DNA of 64,000 nt, from assembly GCA_036491125.1 (NCBI GenBank), contig DASXCO010000094.1:309-64308 (forward strand), in the 5' to 3' direction. The stretch's first letter is position 1, and each line of letters begins with the position of its first letter. The notes below the pieces were generated by a model. The model was not told the DNA's origin and made no database searches. It worked only from the letters and a program-made list of their open reading frames with translations. Both the position numbers and the translations under genes were made by a program. The DNA is from Acidimicrobiales bacterium (GTDB taxonomy: Bacteria; Actinomycetota; Acidimicrobiia; Acidimicrobiales; AC-9). This document shows positions 19,038 to 27,767 of the stretch, in pieces.

Positions 19038-21398
19038 TCATTCCTTCAACGAGATGGGTTCGTCGTCGGCAGCCTGTGTTCCCAATGGAACGTCCTCGGA
19101 CCCCGACCCCATTCCCACCTGTTGCCGGACACGCTCGTTGAGCTCGACCATCAGCTCGGCGTTCTCGAGCAGGAACTGCTTGGCGTTCTCCCGGCCCTGA
19201 CCGAGCTGCTCGCCCTCGTAGGTGTACCAGGCACCGGATTTCTTCACGATGCCCAGGTCGACGGCGACGTCGATGACCGACCCCTCCCGGCTGATGCCCC
19301 GGCCGTACATGATGTCGAACTCCGCCGATTTGAAAGGCGGCGAACAGTTCGACACTACGACGTCATTGGCCACGAAGGTATGGAGATCATCCACCTCGAT
19401 GTCGTAGATGGGTCGCCATTCCGGGGGGCTGACGGCGACGATCCGGTCGTACCAGACGTCCTCGTCCAGCACGCCCTCGAGGAACTCGCTCTCCAGCGCA
19501 TCGGCCAGCCGCTCCACGCGGTCACGGCGGAGCCGGGACGGGCCAAGCAACACCCTCAAGCTCCGTGCCCCTCCTCTGCCCGGCCCGTAGCCCAGCAACT
19601 GGCAGGCGAGCTCGACCGTGACGCCCTGACCCCTCAGGTAGTCGAGCACCGGCTCGGTCTGGCTGGCCGGAAGGTAACCGCGCTGAGAGCCACGGTGCTT
19701 GCCGAGCTCGGGATCGGACAGCTCAGCAGTGAGCACCTGTCCCTTGGGACCCCACATCGGGAGAGCCGATGAGAAGCGGGTGACGTTGTCGATGCCACTC
19801 ACCCGAACCTCCCAACAAGGGAGCTTCCCTTGCACCCTGCGCCCCTTGACGATGCTCGGCCGCTTGGACGTTGGGTCGTAGACCCGGACCGAGCTGCCGA
19901 TGCCCCAGCGCAGCAGAAGCCAGTGAAGCTGCTGAGCCAGCTGTTCGGACGTCGTGGTGAACCCGCAGCGGATGCCGCCGGTCTGCTCCCGACTGACCCA
20001 GCCATCGCTCTCCCAGAGGCCGAACAACAGGTTGCCCACCACCTCTTCGGACACGTCCGAAGCGAAAAAGGCGGTTGGGATGCGCTTTGTAGCCGCCAAC
20101 TGGCCCCAGATACCGGCCCACCGGGCCAGCTCCAGTAGCCCGTTCTTCTCGCCAGTTCGGTGCGAGAAGCTGACCTGGATACCGCGAGGATGGGAATCGC
20201 ACCCCAGCGCAGAGGCGATGGCGGCCGCGTCAGCCTGGAGCGACTCTTGAACATTGGTAAAGGAGATCGGCGTCTTCCCGCTCACGCAGCCGTCTCCGAT
20301 GAGATAGCCGAGCATCCGGGCCCGATCCGGGGGTACTGGCTGCTCGGCTCCGAAGCCAACTGCCCGCCGGGGTCGGGCGACCCGATCACCAACGGCCAGC
20401 TCACCCGCCTCGCGCCATCCTCTGTCCGTGAGGATCCGGTGGTCGCCGGTAGCCCACAAGGCCGTGCCGTCCCGCAGATGCAGACCGATGACCTCGTGCT
20501 CGCCCTGGTCCATGCGACCGGTCACGCGCCGAACGTGCAGCTTGCCGAGCTTGTCCGCGGCCATCACCGCGACACCCTCGTCCCGCTCGACGATGTCCTC
20601 CATGGCATGCGTGCAGCCCGTGGTGGGGTCGAAGACGCGGGTACCGGCGGCCAGGCACTTGTTTTTCACCACCTTGACCCGCGTGCGGTTGCCGATGACC
20701 TCGCCGCCGTCCTTGATGGACTCGATCCTGCGGATGTCGAGTCGGACCGACGAGTAGAACTTGAGCGCCCTCCCGCCTGGGGTCACCTCAGGTGAGCCGT
20801 ACACGACACCTATCTTTTCTCGCAGCTGATTGATAAATATGGCGATGGTGTTGGACCGGCTGAGGGTCCCGGTGAGCTTGCGCAGCGCCTGGGACATGAG
20901 ACGGGCCTGGAGGCCGACGTGGGCGTCGCCCATCTCTCCCTCGATCTCCGCTCGGGGAGTGAGCGCCGCCACCGAGTCGATGACCAGCACGTCGAGGGCT
21001 CCCGACCGGATGAGCATGTCGGCGATCTCGAGCGCCTGCTCCCCGGTGTCGGGCTGGGAGATCAGCAGCTCGTCGATGTCGACGCCGATGGCCCTGGCGT
21101 AGACCGGGTCCATGGCGTGCTCGGCGTCGATGTAGGCACAGATGCCGCCGTTGCGCTGCCCCTCGGCCACGACGTGCATGGCCAGGGTCGACTTCCCCGA
21201 GGACTCGGGTCCGTAGAGCTCGACGATCCGGCCCCGGGGCAGCCCACCGACACCGAGGGCCAGGTCGAGGGCCATGGCGCCGGTGGGAACGGACTCGATG
21301 GCCATGTCCACCCGCTCGCCCATGCGCATGATCGAGCCCTTGCCGAACTGCTTCTCGACGTGCCCGATCGCCATGTCGAGCGCCTTGTCACGTTCCAC
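19038..21398 (-). CDS. recA: Recombinase RecA precursor interrupted by an intein (247-aa N-extein, 437-aa intein, 102-aa C-extein)
   Basis: [10 protein letters not shown] Walker A, canonical RecA blocks, then ...RVKVVKNK|[11 protein letters not shown]...VVVSN|[15 protein letters not shown]. Confidence 0.95.
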   Translation of the reverse strand: MERDKALDMAIGHVEKQFGKGSIMRMGERVDMAIESVPTGAMALDLALGVGGLPRGRIVELYGPESSGKSTLAMHVVAEGQRNGGICAYIDAEHAMDPVYARAIGVDIDELLISQPDTGEQALEIADMLIRSGALDVLVIDSVAALTPRAEIEGEMGDAHVGLQARLMSQALRKLTGTLSRSNTIAIFINQLREKIGVVYGSPEVTPGGRALKFYSSVRLDIRRIESIKDGGEVIGNRTRVKVVKNKCLAAGTRVFDPTTGCTHAMEDIVERDEGVAVMAADKLGKLHVRRVTGRMDQGEHEVIGLHLRDGTALWATGDHRILTDRGWREAGELAVGDRVARPRRAVGFGAEQPVPPDRARMLGYLIGDGCVSGKTPISFTNVQESLQADAAAIASALGCDSHPRGIQVSFSHRTGEKNGLLELARWAGIWGQLAATKRIPTAFFASDVSEEVVGNLLFGLWESDGWVSREQTGGIRCGFTTTSEQLAQQLHWLLLRWGIGSSVRVYDPTSKRPSIVKGRRVQGKLPCWEVRVSGIDNVTRFSSALPMWGPKGQVLTAELSDPELGKHRGSQRGYLPASQTEPVLDYLRGQGVTVELACQLLGYGPGRGGARSLRVLLGPSRLRRDRVERLADALESEFLEGVLDEDVWYDRIVAVSPPEWRPIYDIEVDDLHTFVANDVVVSNCSPPFKSAEFDIMYGRGISREGSVIDVAVDLGIVKKSGAWYTYEGEQLGQGRENAKQFLLENAELMVELNERVRQQVGMGSGSEDVPLGTQAADDEPISLKE
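19347..20657 (-). mobile_element. RecA intein with LAGLIDADG homing-endonuclease domain
   Basis: Starts at Cys (CLAAGTRVF). Block B is [17 protein letters not shown] motifs are [13 protein letters not shown] and [13 protein letters not shown]. It ends VVVSN followed by +1 Cys. The insertion point is the same as in the M. tuberculosis RecA intein (KNK|C...N|CSPPFK). Confidence 0.9.
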
Positions 21399-21491
21399 CG
21401 GATCCCCTCTCGTCGTGGCGGTCTGGATTCGGGCCTCACCCTATGGATGGGGTGTGACGATCACACTGTTGGAACTCCAGCAGTGTAGTTC

Positions 21492-21505
21492 CGAACGCGT
21501 GTTCG
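21492..21505. promoter_or_regulatory. SOS (LexA) box upstream of recA: CGAAC-gcgt-GTTCG (perfect)
   Basis: Perfect palindrome about 95 nt upstream of the recA start codon. Confidence 0.85.
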
Positions 21506-21521
21506 GGGAAGGATCCTGGCC

Positions 21522-22037
21522 TCACGCCAGCGGCAGGGAGGCCACGACCTCGTACCGGGACCCTTCCCGGTGGGGGGTGCTGGCGACGAGAGTCAGATCG
21601 GCGACCTTCCAGCGGGCGGCCAGCGGCGTCCCCCGCCATCGCCGCAGATCCCCCTTTCGCCCGCGGGCGCGCGCCAGCGTCAGGTGCCCCCGGAAGGGGC
21701 GGTCGTCGGGAGGCTGGCCCACGCCCGTGGTGGCCTCGACGGTTGCCCGGGCCAGCTCGTCGAGACCCTCGACCGGGACCTGGAGGATGCCCCGCCCCAA
21801 GCAGGCCGTCACCGGCCCCATGTCGGCCGTCACCGGACCGGCCGAGCCCACGTCGATCCGACCGAACGTACCGGTCACCTGGTCGACTTCCCCGGCCGCC
21901 ACGTGGCCGAAGAACCGCAGCGTCACGTGCCACTGCCCTTTCGTCGTCCACCGCACCCCGGACACCTCGGGTCGGGGCAGGTCGGCGAGCACATCGAGGA
22001 CGTCGGCGGATGGCCAGACGGCGACGAACAGCCGCAC
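21522..22037 (-). CDS. thpR: RNA 2',3'-cyclic phosphodiesterase (2H phosphoesterase, ThpR/LigT family)
   Basis: Two HxT motifs (WHVTLRF and GHLTLAR) with typical spacing. Confidence 0.8.
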   Translation of the reverse strand: MRLFVAVWPSADVLDVLADLPRPEVSGVRWTTKGQWHVTLRFFGHVAAGEVDQVTGTFGRIDVGSAGPVTADMGPVTACLGRGILQVPVEGLDELARATVEATTGVGQPPDDRPFRGHLTLARARGRKGDLRRWRGTPLAARWKVADLTLVASTPHREGSRYEVVASLPLA

Positions 22038-22040
22038 GAC

Positions 22041-22925
22041 TCACGCCGTCGGCGGCGAGAACCAGCGGTCGCGGAGCACGAACAGGTGCCGGTCGGTGAC
22101 GAGGTTGAGCACCCGGCGAGCCTGCCGGAAGCGCTCCGCCACCTCCCCCACCACCCGCATGGCTCCGGTCGGCGACGGTGCCGTGTCGCACGCCAGCCGG
22201 TACCACCGGCGGCCGAGGTGCTCCAGCAGGGCCACCGGCCCCGCCGGCTCCACCGACTCGACGTGGCCGAATGGCTCACCAGCTTCGGCCGTCAGGCGCG
22301 CCGCCCGGAGCAGGCGGGCTGTGTCGATGGGCGCCAGCGCCCGCATCGCCGTGTGATCGGGGAACACGCCGGTGAGGAACAGTGCCAGGTCACCCAGGCG
22401 CCGGTAGATGCCGACCCGCTCGGGCTCGGGCACCACCTCCAACAGCGACGCCAGGCGCACCGGGTCGAGCTCGCTGAAGCGCCGACGTCGCCAGCCGCGT
22501 CGGGTCTGCACCCAGAAGCTGCCGCTGGCCACGTGGGTGTACGACGCCAGCAGCTCGACCAGGAAGAACCGCCGTGTCGAATCGGCCAGGAAATCGCGCA
22601 GCGCCCCGACGTCGAACACCGCCACCCGCTGGCGCGGCCCGAGCCACTCCGGCACGAACGCCGCCTGTCCGAGGTCCTCCACACAGCGGTGGACGGCGAC
22701 GGCGAAGACGAGGAACGGCGAGCCCCGCAGGAAGGGATCGGCCCCCTTCTCGACGCCGAAGACCGCCTCGAACACCTCTGGTCGGGCGAGCAGGGAGTCC
22801 ATCAGCTCCGGGCGCGAACGCAGCTCGACGACCCTCAGCACGTCCCCGGTCGCGGCCCGATGACCCCTCGACAACAGCTCGAGGTCATCGTCGGTCAGGT
22901 GATCGAGGTACGCCGTTCCTGTCAC
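22041..22925 (-). CDS. Hypothetical protein, no recognisable domain
   Basis: 294-aa ORF with good GC3 and non-repetitive composition. It ends 3 nt before the thpR start. Confidence 0.6.
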   Translation of the reverse strand: MTGTAYLDHLTDDDLELLSRGHRAATGDVLRVVELRSRPELMDSLLARPEVFEAVFGVEKGADPFLRGSPFLVFAVAVHRCVEDLGQAAFVPEWLGPRQRVAVFDVGALRDFLADSTRRFFLVELLASYTHVASGSFWVQTRRGWRRRRFSELDPVRLASLLEVVPEPERVGIYRRLGDLALFLTGVFPDHTAMRALAPIDTARLLRAARLTAEAGEPFGHVESVEPAGPVALLEHLGRRWYRLACDTAPSPTGAMRVVGEVAERFRQARRVLNLVTDRHLFVLRDRWFSPPTA

Positions 22926-22985
22926 GCGGCGAGGCCTCCGAAAGGCGCTATCGCGGGTCCCACCGGTCGCCCCGTCCGCCGACCG

Positions 22986-23297
22986 TCAGGAGATCGAGCT
23001 CCGGAACTCGATGGCCTCACTGCCGATCTGAGCCACGTCGGTGATATCCACCACGGGGTAGACATGGAACTCGAAGAACGGCGAGAACTTCGCCGTATCA
23101 CCCAGGATGAGACGGGGATCATCCGTCTCCACCACCGAGAAGCCTCCCTCGCCGTCAACCCGACCAAGGAACTGATGGAAGGTCGCTCCCGCGGCCGGCG
23201 ACCACTTGCTGAAGACGTCCAAGCCCCGCTTCAGTGAGGCTTCGTTGTCGGCTGCGGATCCCCCCTGACGCGGCGTCCAGCTGACTACATACTTCAT
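22986..23297 (-). CDS. DUF3303 family protein
   Basis: ORF trimmed to MKYVVSWTPRQGGSAADNEASLKR after an AGGGAGGG RBS. About 103 aa, typical for DUF3303. Confidence 0.7.
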   Translation of the reverse strand: MKYVVSWTPRQGGSAADNEASLKRGLDVFSKWSPAAGATFHQFLGRVDGEGGFSVVETDDPRLILGDTAKFSPFFEFHVYPVVDITDVAQIGSEAIEFRSSIS

Positions 23298-23381
23298 CGT
23301 GCCCTCCCTTGCCCCTATACCAACGACAGCCGTTGTAACACCGCCGCCGTCTCGGCACAACGGCCCGGCACGGGCTCTGTC

Positions 23382-24668
23382 TCAGGCGGGCGCCGGCTCG
23401 AGCATCCGCCGGCGCAGGACATCCAGCACCGAGATGGCGGCGAACTGCCGGATGCGCTCCCGATCGCCGGGAAGCTGCATCCGCACGGCCTCGAGCGACG
23501 GCCCGGGTCCGGCCAGCCCGCACCACACGGTGCCGACCGCCACGCCATCCTGGGGCGTCGGACCGGCGACGCCGGTGACGGCGAGGCCGACGTCGCTGCC
23601 GAGGACCCGGCGCGCTCCGGCGGCCATCTCCCGCGCCGTCTCCTCGCTCACGGCCGGTCCGTCGCCCACCCCCAACAGCTCGCGCTTGACGGCCGTTTCG
23701 TAGGCGACGACGGAGCCCCGGAGCCAGGCGCTCGCACCAGGCACGTTCACCAGCCTCGACGCCACCAGCCCGCCGGTGACGGACTCGGCCAGGGCCAGGG
23801 TGAGGCCGCGCTCGGCGAGCAGCGCCCCCACGGCATGCTCCATCGACTGGTCGTCGACCCCGAACACCGTCTCGCCGAGCAGCGCTCGTACCTCCGCCTC
23901 CTCGGCATCAAGGAGCGCCCGGGCGTCGGCCTCGGTGGTCGCCTTGGCGGTGATGCGGACCTTGATGCCCTCGATCCCGCTGGCCAGAAAGGCGATGGTG
24001 GGATTCCCGCCCGCCTCGTCGAGGGCGACGAGACGCGGCCCCACCATCTCCGCCAGCTTGGACTCCGACAGTCCCCACGAACGCAAGGTGCGGCTGAGGA
24101 TCACCGCCGCAGTGCCGGCGCGGGCCTGAAGGTCCGGGATGACGCCCCGCTCCGCCATCTCCATCATCTCGTGCGGTACACCCGGGATGGCGTAGATCAC
24201 CTTGTGGCCCACCGGGCAGACGAGCCCCGGTGCCGTCCCCCGGACCTGCGGGATCACGCTGGCGCCCTCGGGCACCTCGGCTTGGCGCAGGTTGCTCGCC
24301 GGCATCTCCCGCCCCCGCGACCCGAACATGGCTGCGATCCGCTCGACGATCGCCTCGTCGCGCACGAGGCGCACGTTCATGACCTCGGCGATGGCGTCCC
24401 TGGTGATGTCGTCCTGGGTCGGCCCGAGGCCACCGCAGACGACGACCGCGTCGCTGCGAGCCAGCGCTGAGCGAAGCGCCAGCACGATCCGGGTCTGGTT
24501 GTCGCCGACCTTGGTCTGGAAGAAGGAGTCGATGCCGGCGAGCGCCAGCCGCTCCCCCAGCCAGGCCGAGTTGGTGTCGACGATCTGTCCGAGCAGCAGC
24601 TCGGTGCCGACGGCGACGACCTCAGCCCGCACAGCGCCCGCGCTCCGGTCGACCTGGGTGTGTTCCAC
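23382..24668 (-). CDS. cinA: CinA family protein (MoCF-binding domain plus nicotinamide-nucleotide amidase PncC domain)
   Basis: VRAEVVAVGTELLLGQIVDTNSAWL N-terminus and C-terminal CinA domain (ESVTGGLVASRL). An alternative GTG start is at 24632. Confidence 0.88.
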   Translation of the reverse strand: MEHTQVDRSAGAVRAEVVAVGTELLLGQIVDTNSAWLGERLALAGIDSFFQTKVGDNQTRIVLALRSALARSDAVVVCGGLGPTQDDITRDAIAEVMNVRLVRDEAIVERIAAMFGSRGREMPASNLRQAEVPEGASVIPQVRGTAPGLVCPVGHKVIYAIPGVPHEMMEMAERGVIPDLQARAGTAAVILSRTLRSWGLSESKLAEMVGPRLVALDEAGGNPTIAFLASGIEGIKVRITAKATTEADARALLDAEEAEVRALLGETVFGVDDQSMEHAVGALLAERGLTLALAESVTGGLVASRLVNVPGASAWLRGSVVAYETAVKRELLGVGDGPAVSEETAREMAAGARRVLGSDVGLAVTGVAGPTPQDGVAVGTVWCGLAGPGPSLEAVRMQLPGDRERIRQFAAISVLDVLRRRMLEPAPA

Positions 24669-24674
24669 ATTTGG

Positions 24675-24718
24675 TCGAAAGTGGGCGCGACGGCTGCGAG
24701 CGCATCGCCCACTTTCGA
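24675..24718. promoter_or_regulatory. 13-bp perfect inverted repeat (TCGAAAGTGGGCG-N18-CGCCCACTTTCGA) between pgsA and cinA
   Basis: Read directly. It lies immediately upstream of the cinA start. Function unknown (hairpin or operator). Confidence 0.5.
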
Positions 24719-24764
24719 CAAGACGTGGAAGCGCACCAAGGTGCCGGGGGCGGAGGACCGGCCG

Positions 24765-25391
24765 TCACCTCGCCCCCTTGGGCTGGGCGCCCAGGCCGGC
24801 CACCGCGCCCGACGCACCCACGGCTCCGACCGGCTGCGCCGCGCCGCGTCGGTCGACCATGTACTGGGTGCCGGAGACGTAGGTCAGCCCCACGGCCACC
24901 CAGAGGACGGCGACCACCAGGCCGTGGTGGTGGGTGGCCACCGGCGGCAGCAGGGCGAGGCCCACGGCCAGGTCCTGGGCCCACGCCTTCGCCTTGCCCG
25001 TCCACCGGGCCGGCACCGACACCCCGCGGCGGCCGACGATGACCCGGTAGGCGCTGATACCCAGCTCCCGCCCGCCGATGAGCGCGACCGGCAACCACCA
25101 GATCTCACCGCGCGCGACCAGGGCGACCAGCGCACCCACCACGAGGAACTTGTCTGCCAGCGGATCGAGGAAGGCGCCGGAGCGCGTCGCCCCGTGGCGG
25201 CGGGCCACCCAGCCGTCGAGGCCGTCGGTGCCCGCCAGGACCGCCCACACGACGACGGTCACCCACGATGCGCCCAGGGCGAGCACCAGCGCCAACAGCA
25301 CGGGCGTGGCCAGCAGGCGGGCGACGGTGATGGCGTTGGCCGGCGTGGCCAGGGCTGAGGGCCCGTACGTGCCGGGACCCACCGACTTCAC
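24765..25391 (-). CDS. pgsA: CDP-diacylglycerol--glycerol-3-phosphate 3-phosphatidyltransferase
   Basis: CDP-alcohol phosphatidyltransferase motif DGLDGWVARR...GAFLDPLADK. Confidence 0.88.
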   Translation of the reverse strand: MKSVGPGTYGPSALATPANAITVARLLATPVLLALVLALGASWVTVVVWAVLAGTDGLDGWVARRHGATRSGAFLDPLADKFLVVGALVALVARGEIWWLPVALIGGRELGISAYRVIVGRRGVSVPARWTGKAKAWAQDLAVGLALLPPVATHHHGLVVAVLWVAVGLTYVSGTQYMVDRRGAAQPVGAVGASGAVAGLGAQPKGAR

Positions 25392-26617
25392 GGCGTCGCC
25401 TCCAGGTCGGGCCCGGCCGACCCGGTGACCACCACGTCGACGAGGTCTCCGGGGCGGAGATCATCGGGTACGCCCACGACGCCGTCGATCTCGGGCGCCT
25501 CGCGGTGGGAGCGTCCGACACCGATCCGATCGACCAGCACCTCGACGGTCTCGCCGATCAGCTCGGCCCGACGGCTGGCCGTGATCAGGTCCTGCAGCTC
25601 CGACAGCTCGGCCAGGCGCTCGCCCACCAGGCCAGCCGGCACCCGCTGGTCGAGGCCGGCCGCATAGGTGCCCTCCTCTTCCGAGTAGGCGAAGAAGCCG
25701 GCCCAGTCCAGTCGGACCGCGCCCAGGAACTCCATCAGCCGGTCGTGGTCCTCTTCGGTCTCCCCCGGGTAACCGACGATGAACGAGGAGCGGAAGGCCG
25801 CCGAGGGCTCGCGGGCCCGGATGTCGGAGATGCGGCGGGCAAAGCGCGCGCCGTCGCCCCACCGGCGCATCCGCCGCAGGAGGGGCCTGGAGACGTGCTG
25901 GAGGGACAGGTCGAAGTAGGGCACGCCCGTGCCGCAGATGGCATCGACCAGGCGATCGTTCAACTCCGACGGGTAGAGGTACAGCAGGCGCGTCCGCTCG
26001 ACGAGCTCGGCGACGCGTTCGATCAGCCCGATGATGGCGCCGGCCCGCCCCACGTCCCTTCCGTACGAGGCGAGATCCTGGGCGACCAGCACGACCTCGC
26101 GCACCCCGAGGGCCTCCACCTCCTCGAGCACCGCTCCCTCGGAGCGGGACCGCTGTCGCCCCCGGAAGGACGGTATGGCGCAGAACCCGCACGCCCGATC
26201 GCAGCCCTCGGCCACCTTCACGTACGCCCATGGCGCACTGGCCGGCGGCCGGCCGAGATTGAGTAGATCGAGACTGGGCACGGCGGGAGCCGACAGGCTG
26301 ACCGGTACACCGAAGCCGGCCACTCGATCGACCTCGGGTAGCGCGCGGGCCAGCTCGTCGCCGTAGCGCTCGGCCATACAGCCCGTGACGACGACCTCCG
26401 CCCCTGGTCGTCGGGCACCGGCCATGGTCAACACGGTCTCGATCGACTCCTCGCGGGCGGCCTCGATGAAGGCGCAGGTGTTGACGACAAGCAGGTCGGC
26501 GTCCTCGGGCCGGTTCGCCGGTAGCAGCCCATCGCCCTCGAGGGTGCCGGCCAGCTTCGCCGAGTCGACATCGTTCTTGGGGCAGCCCAAAGTCTCGAGC
26601 CAGTAACGCCGGGGCAC
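25388..26617 (-). CDS. rimO: Ribosomal protein S12 methylthiotransferase
   Basis: ORF 25388..27022 trimmed to the GTG at 26617 (VPRRYWLETLGCPKNDVDS). Radical-SAM CDRACGFC and a TRAM domain. The N-terminal extension would overlap hppD. Confidence 0.88.
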   Translation of the reverse strand: MPRRYWLETLGCPKNDVDSAKLAGTLEGDGLLPANRPEDADLLVVNTCAFIEAAREESIETVLTMAGARRPGAEVVVTGCMAERYGDELARALPEVDRVAGFGVPVSLSAPAVPSLDLLNLGRPPASAPWAYVKVAEGCDRACGFCAIPSFRGRQRSRSEGAVLEEVEALGVREVVLVAQDLASYGRDVGRAGAIIGLIERVAELVERTRLLYLYPSELNDRLVDAICGTGVPYFDLSLQHVSRPLLRRMRRWGDGARFARRISDIRAREPSAAFRSSFIVGYPGETEEDHDRLMEFLGAVRLDWAGFFAYSEEEGTYAAGLDQRVPAGLVGERLAELSELQDLITASRRAELIGETVEVLVDRIGVGRSHREAPEIDGVVGVPDDLRPGDLVDVVVTGSAGPDLEATP

Positions 26618-26675
26618 GAGCTCAAATCTACCGCCGCCACCCTCCAGGAGGGCGAGGCGACCTCCTTCCAGGCGC

Positions 26676-27767
26676 CTACAGGTTGCCCCGTCTGGCCTGC
26701 TCCGCCTCGATCGCCTCGAAGAGGGCCTTGAAGTTGCCGACCCCGAAGCCCCGGGCCCCCTGGCGCTGGATGATCTCCAGGAACAGCGTCGGACGATCGC
26801 CGACGTTCTCGGAAAAGATCTGCAGCAGGTGACCGTCCTCGTCGCGGTCGACGAGGATGCCGAGGCGCCTGAGCTCCTCCCACGGCAGGTCGAGGTCGCC
26901 GAGACGCCGGCGCAGGTCGTCGTAATAGTCGGCCGGGACGTCGAGGAAGCGCAGGCCGCGCCGTCGCAGGGCGTCCACGGTGGCGACGATGTCGTCGGTG
27001 GCCAGGGCCAGATGCTGGACACCGGGACAGCCGTAGAAATCGAGGAACTCCTGGATCTGGCTCCGCCGCTGACCCTGGGCGGGCTCGTTGATGGGAAGCA
27101 CGACCCGGGATCCGTCCCACACCACGGTCGACATCAGCGCCGAAAACTCGGTGGAGATCTGGTCGTCGCCGAAGTGCACCAGGCGCTCGAAGCCCAGCAC
27201 CTGCTCGTAGAACTCGACCCAGCAACCGAGGTCACCCGGTCCCACGTTGGCCACGACGTGATCGAAGCTGCGCAACCCCACCGTCGCACCTTCCGGCGGA
27301 GGAGGAAGCCGGCGGGACTCGAAGCCGGGGGCGAAGGCGCCGGAGTAGGCGGTCCGCTCCACGAAGGTGTGCTCGGTGTCGCCATAGGCGGCGATCGTCG
27401 CCGTCACCAGCTTGCCGCTGTCGTCCTCGTCGGTGCGCGGACCAGCGATGCCGACCGCGCCGCGTGCCAGCGCCGCGTCATAGGCGGCCGCCGCGTCGGT
27501 CACGGCGAATGCCAGCGAACGCACCCCGTCACCGTGGGCGCGGTGGTGAGCGGCGATCGGCGACGACGCCTGGAGGGCGCCCGTCACGACCAGCCGGAGG
27601 GCGCCCTGCTCGAGGACGTAAGAAGCCCGGTCAGACACGCCTGTCTCGGGACCGGCGTAGGCCACCACCTCGAAGCCGAGCCCGCCCGCGAAGAAGTGCG
27701 CGGCCTGGCGGGCGTTGCCGACCCAGAGCTCGACGTGATCCCATCCCTCCAGCTCGATGGCGCTCAT
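26676..27767 (-). CDS. hppD: 4-hydroxyphenylpyruvate dioxygenase
   Basis: VOC-fold repeats: [18 protein letters not shown] ... [12 protein letters not shown] ... [26 protein letters not shown]. Confidence 0.9.
   Translation of the reverse strand: [363 protein letters not shown]

Noticed and set aside
21455-21490. GGAAC-N13-GTTCC and ACACTG-N12-CAGTGT symmetric elements upstream of recA, considered as additional LexA sites.
   Set aside because: The spacing does not fit the GAAC-N4-GTTC operator. The adjacent perfect box at 21492..21505 suffices.
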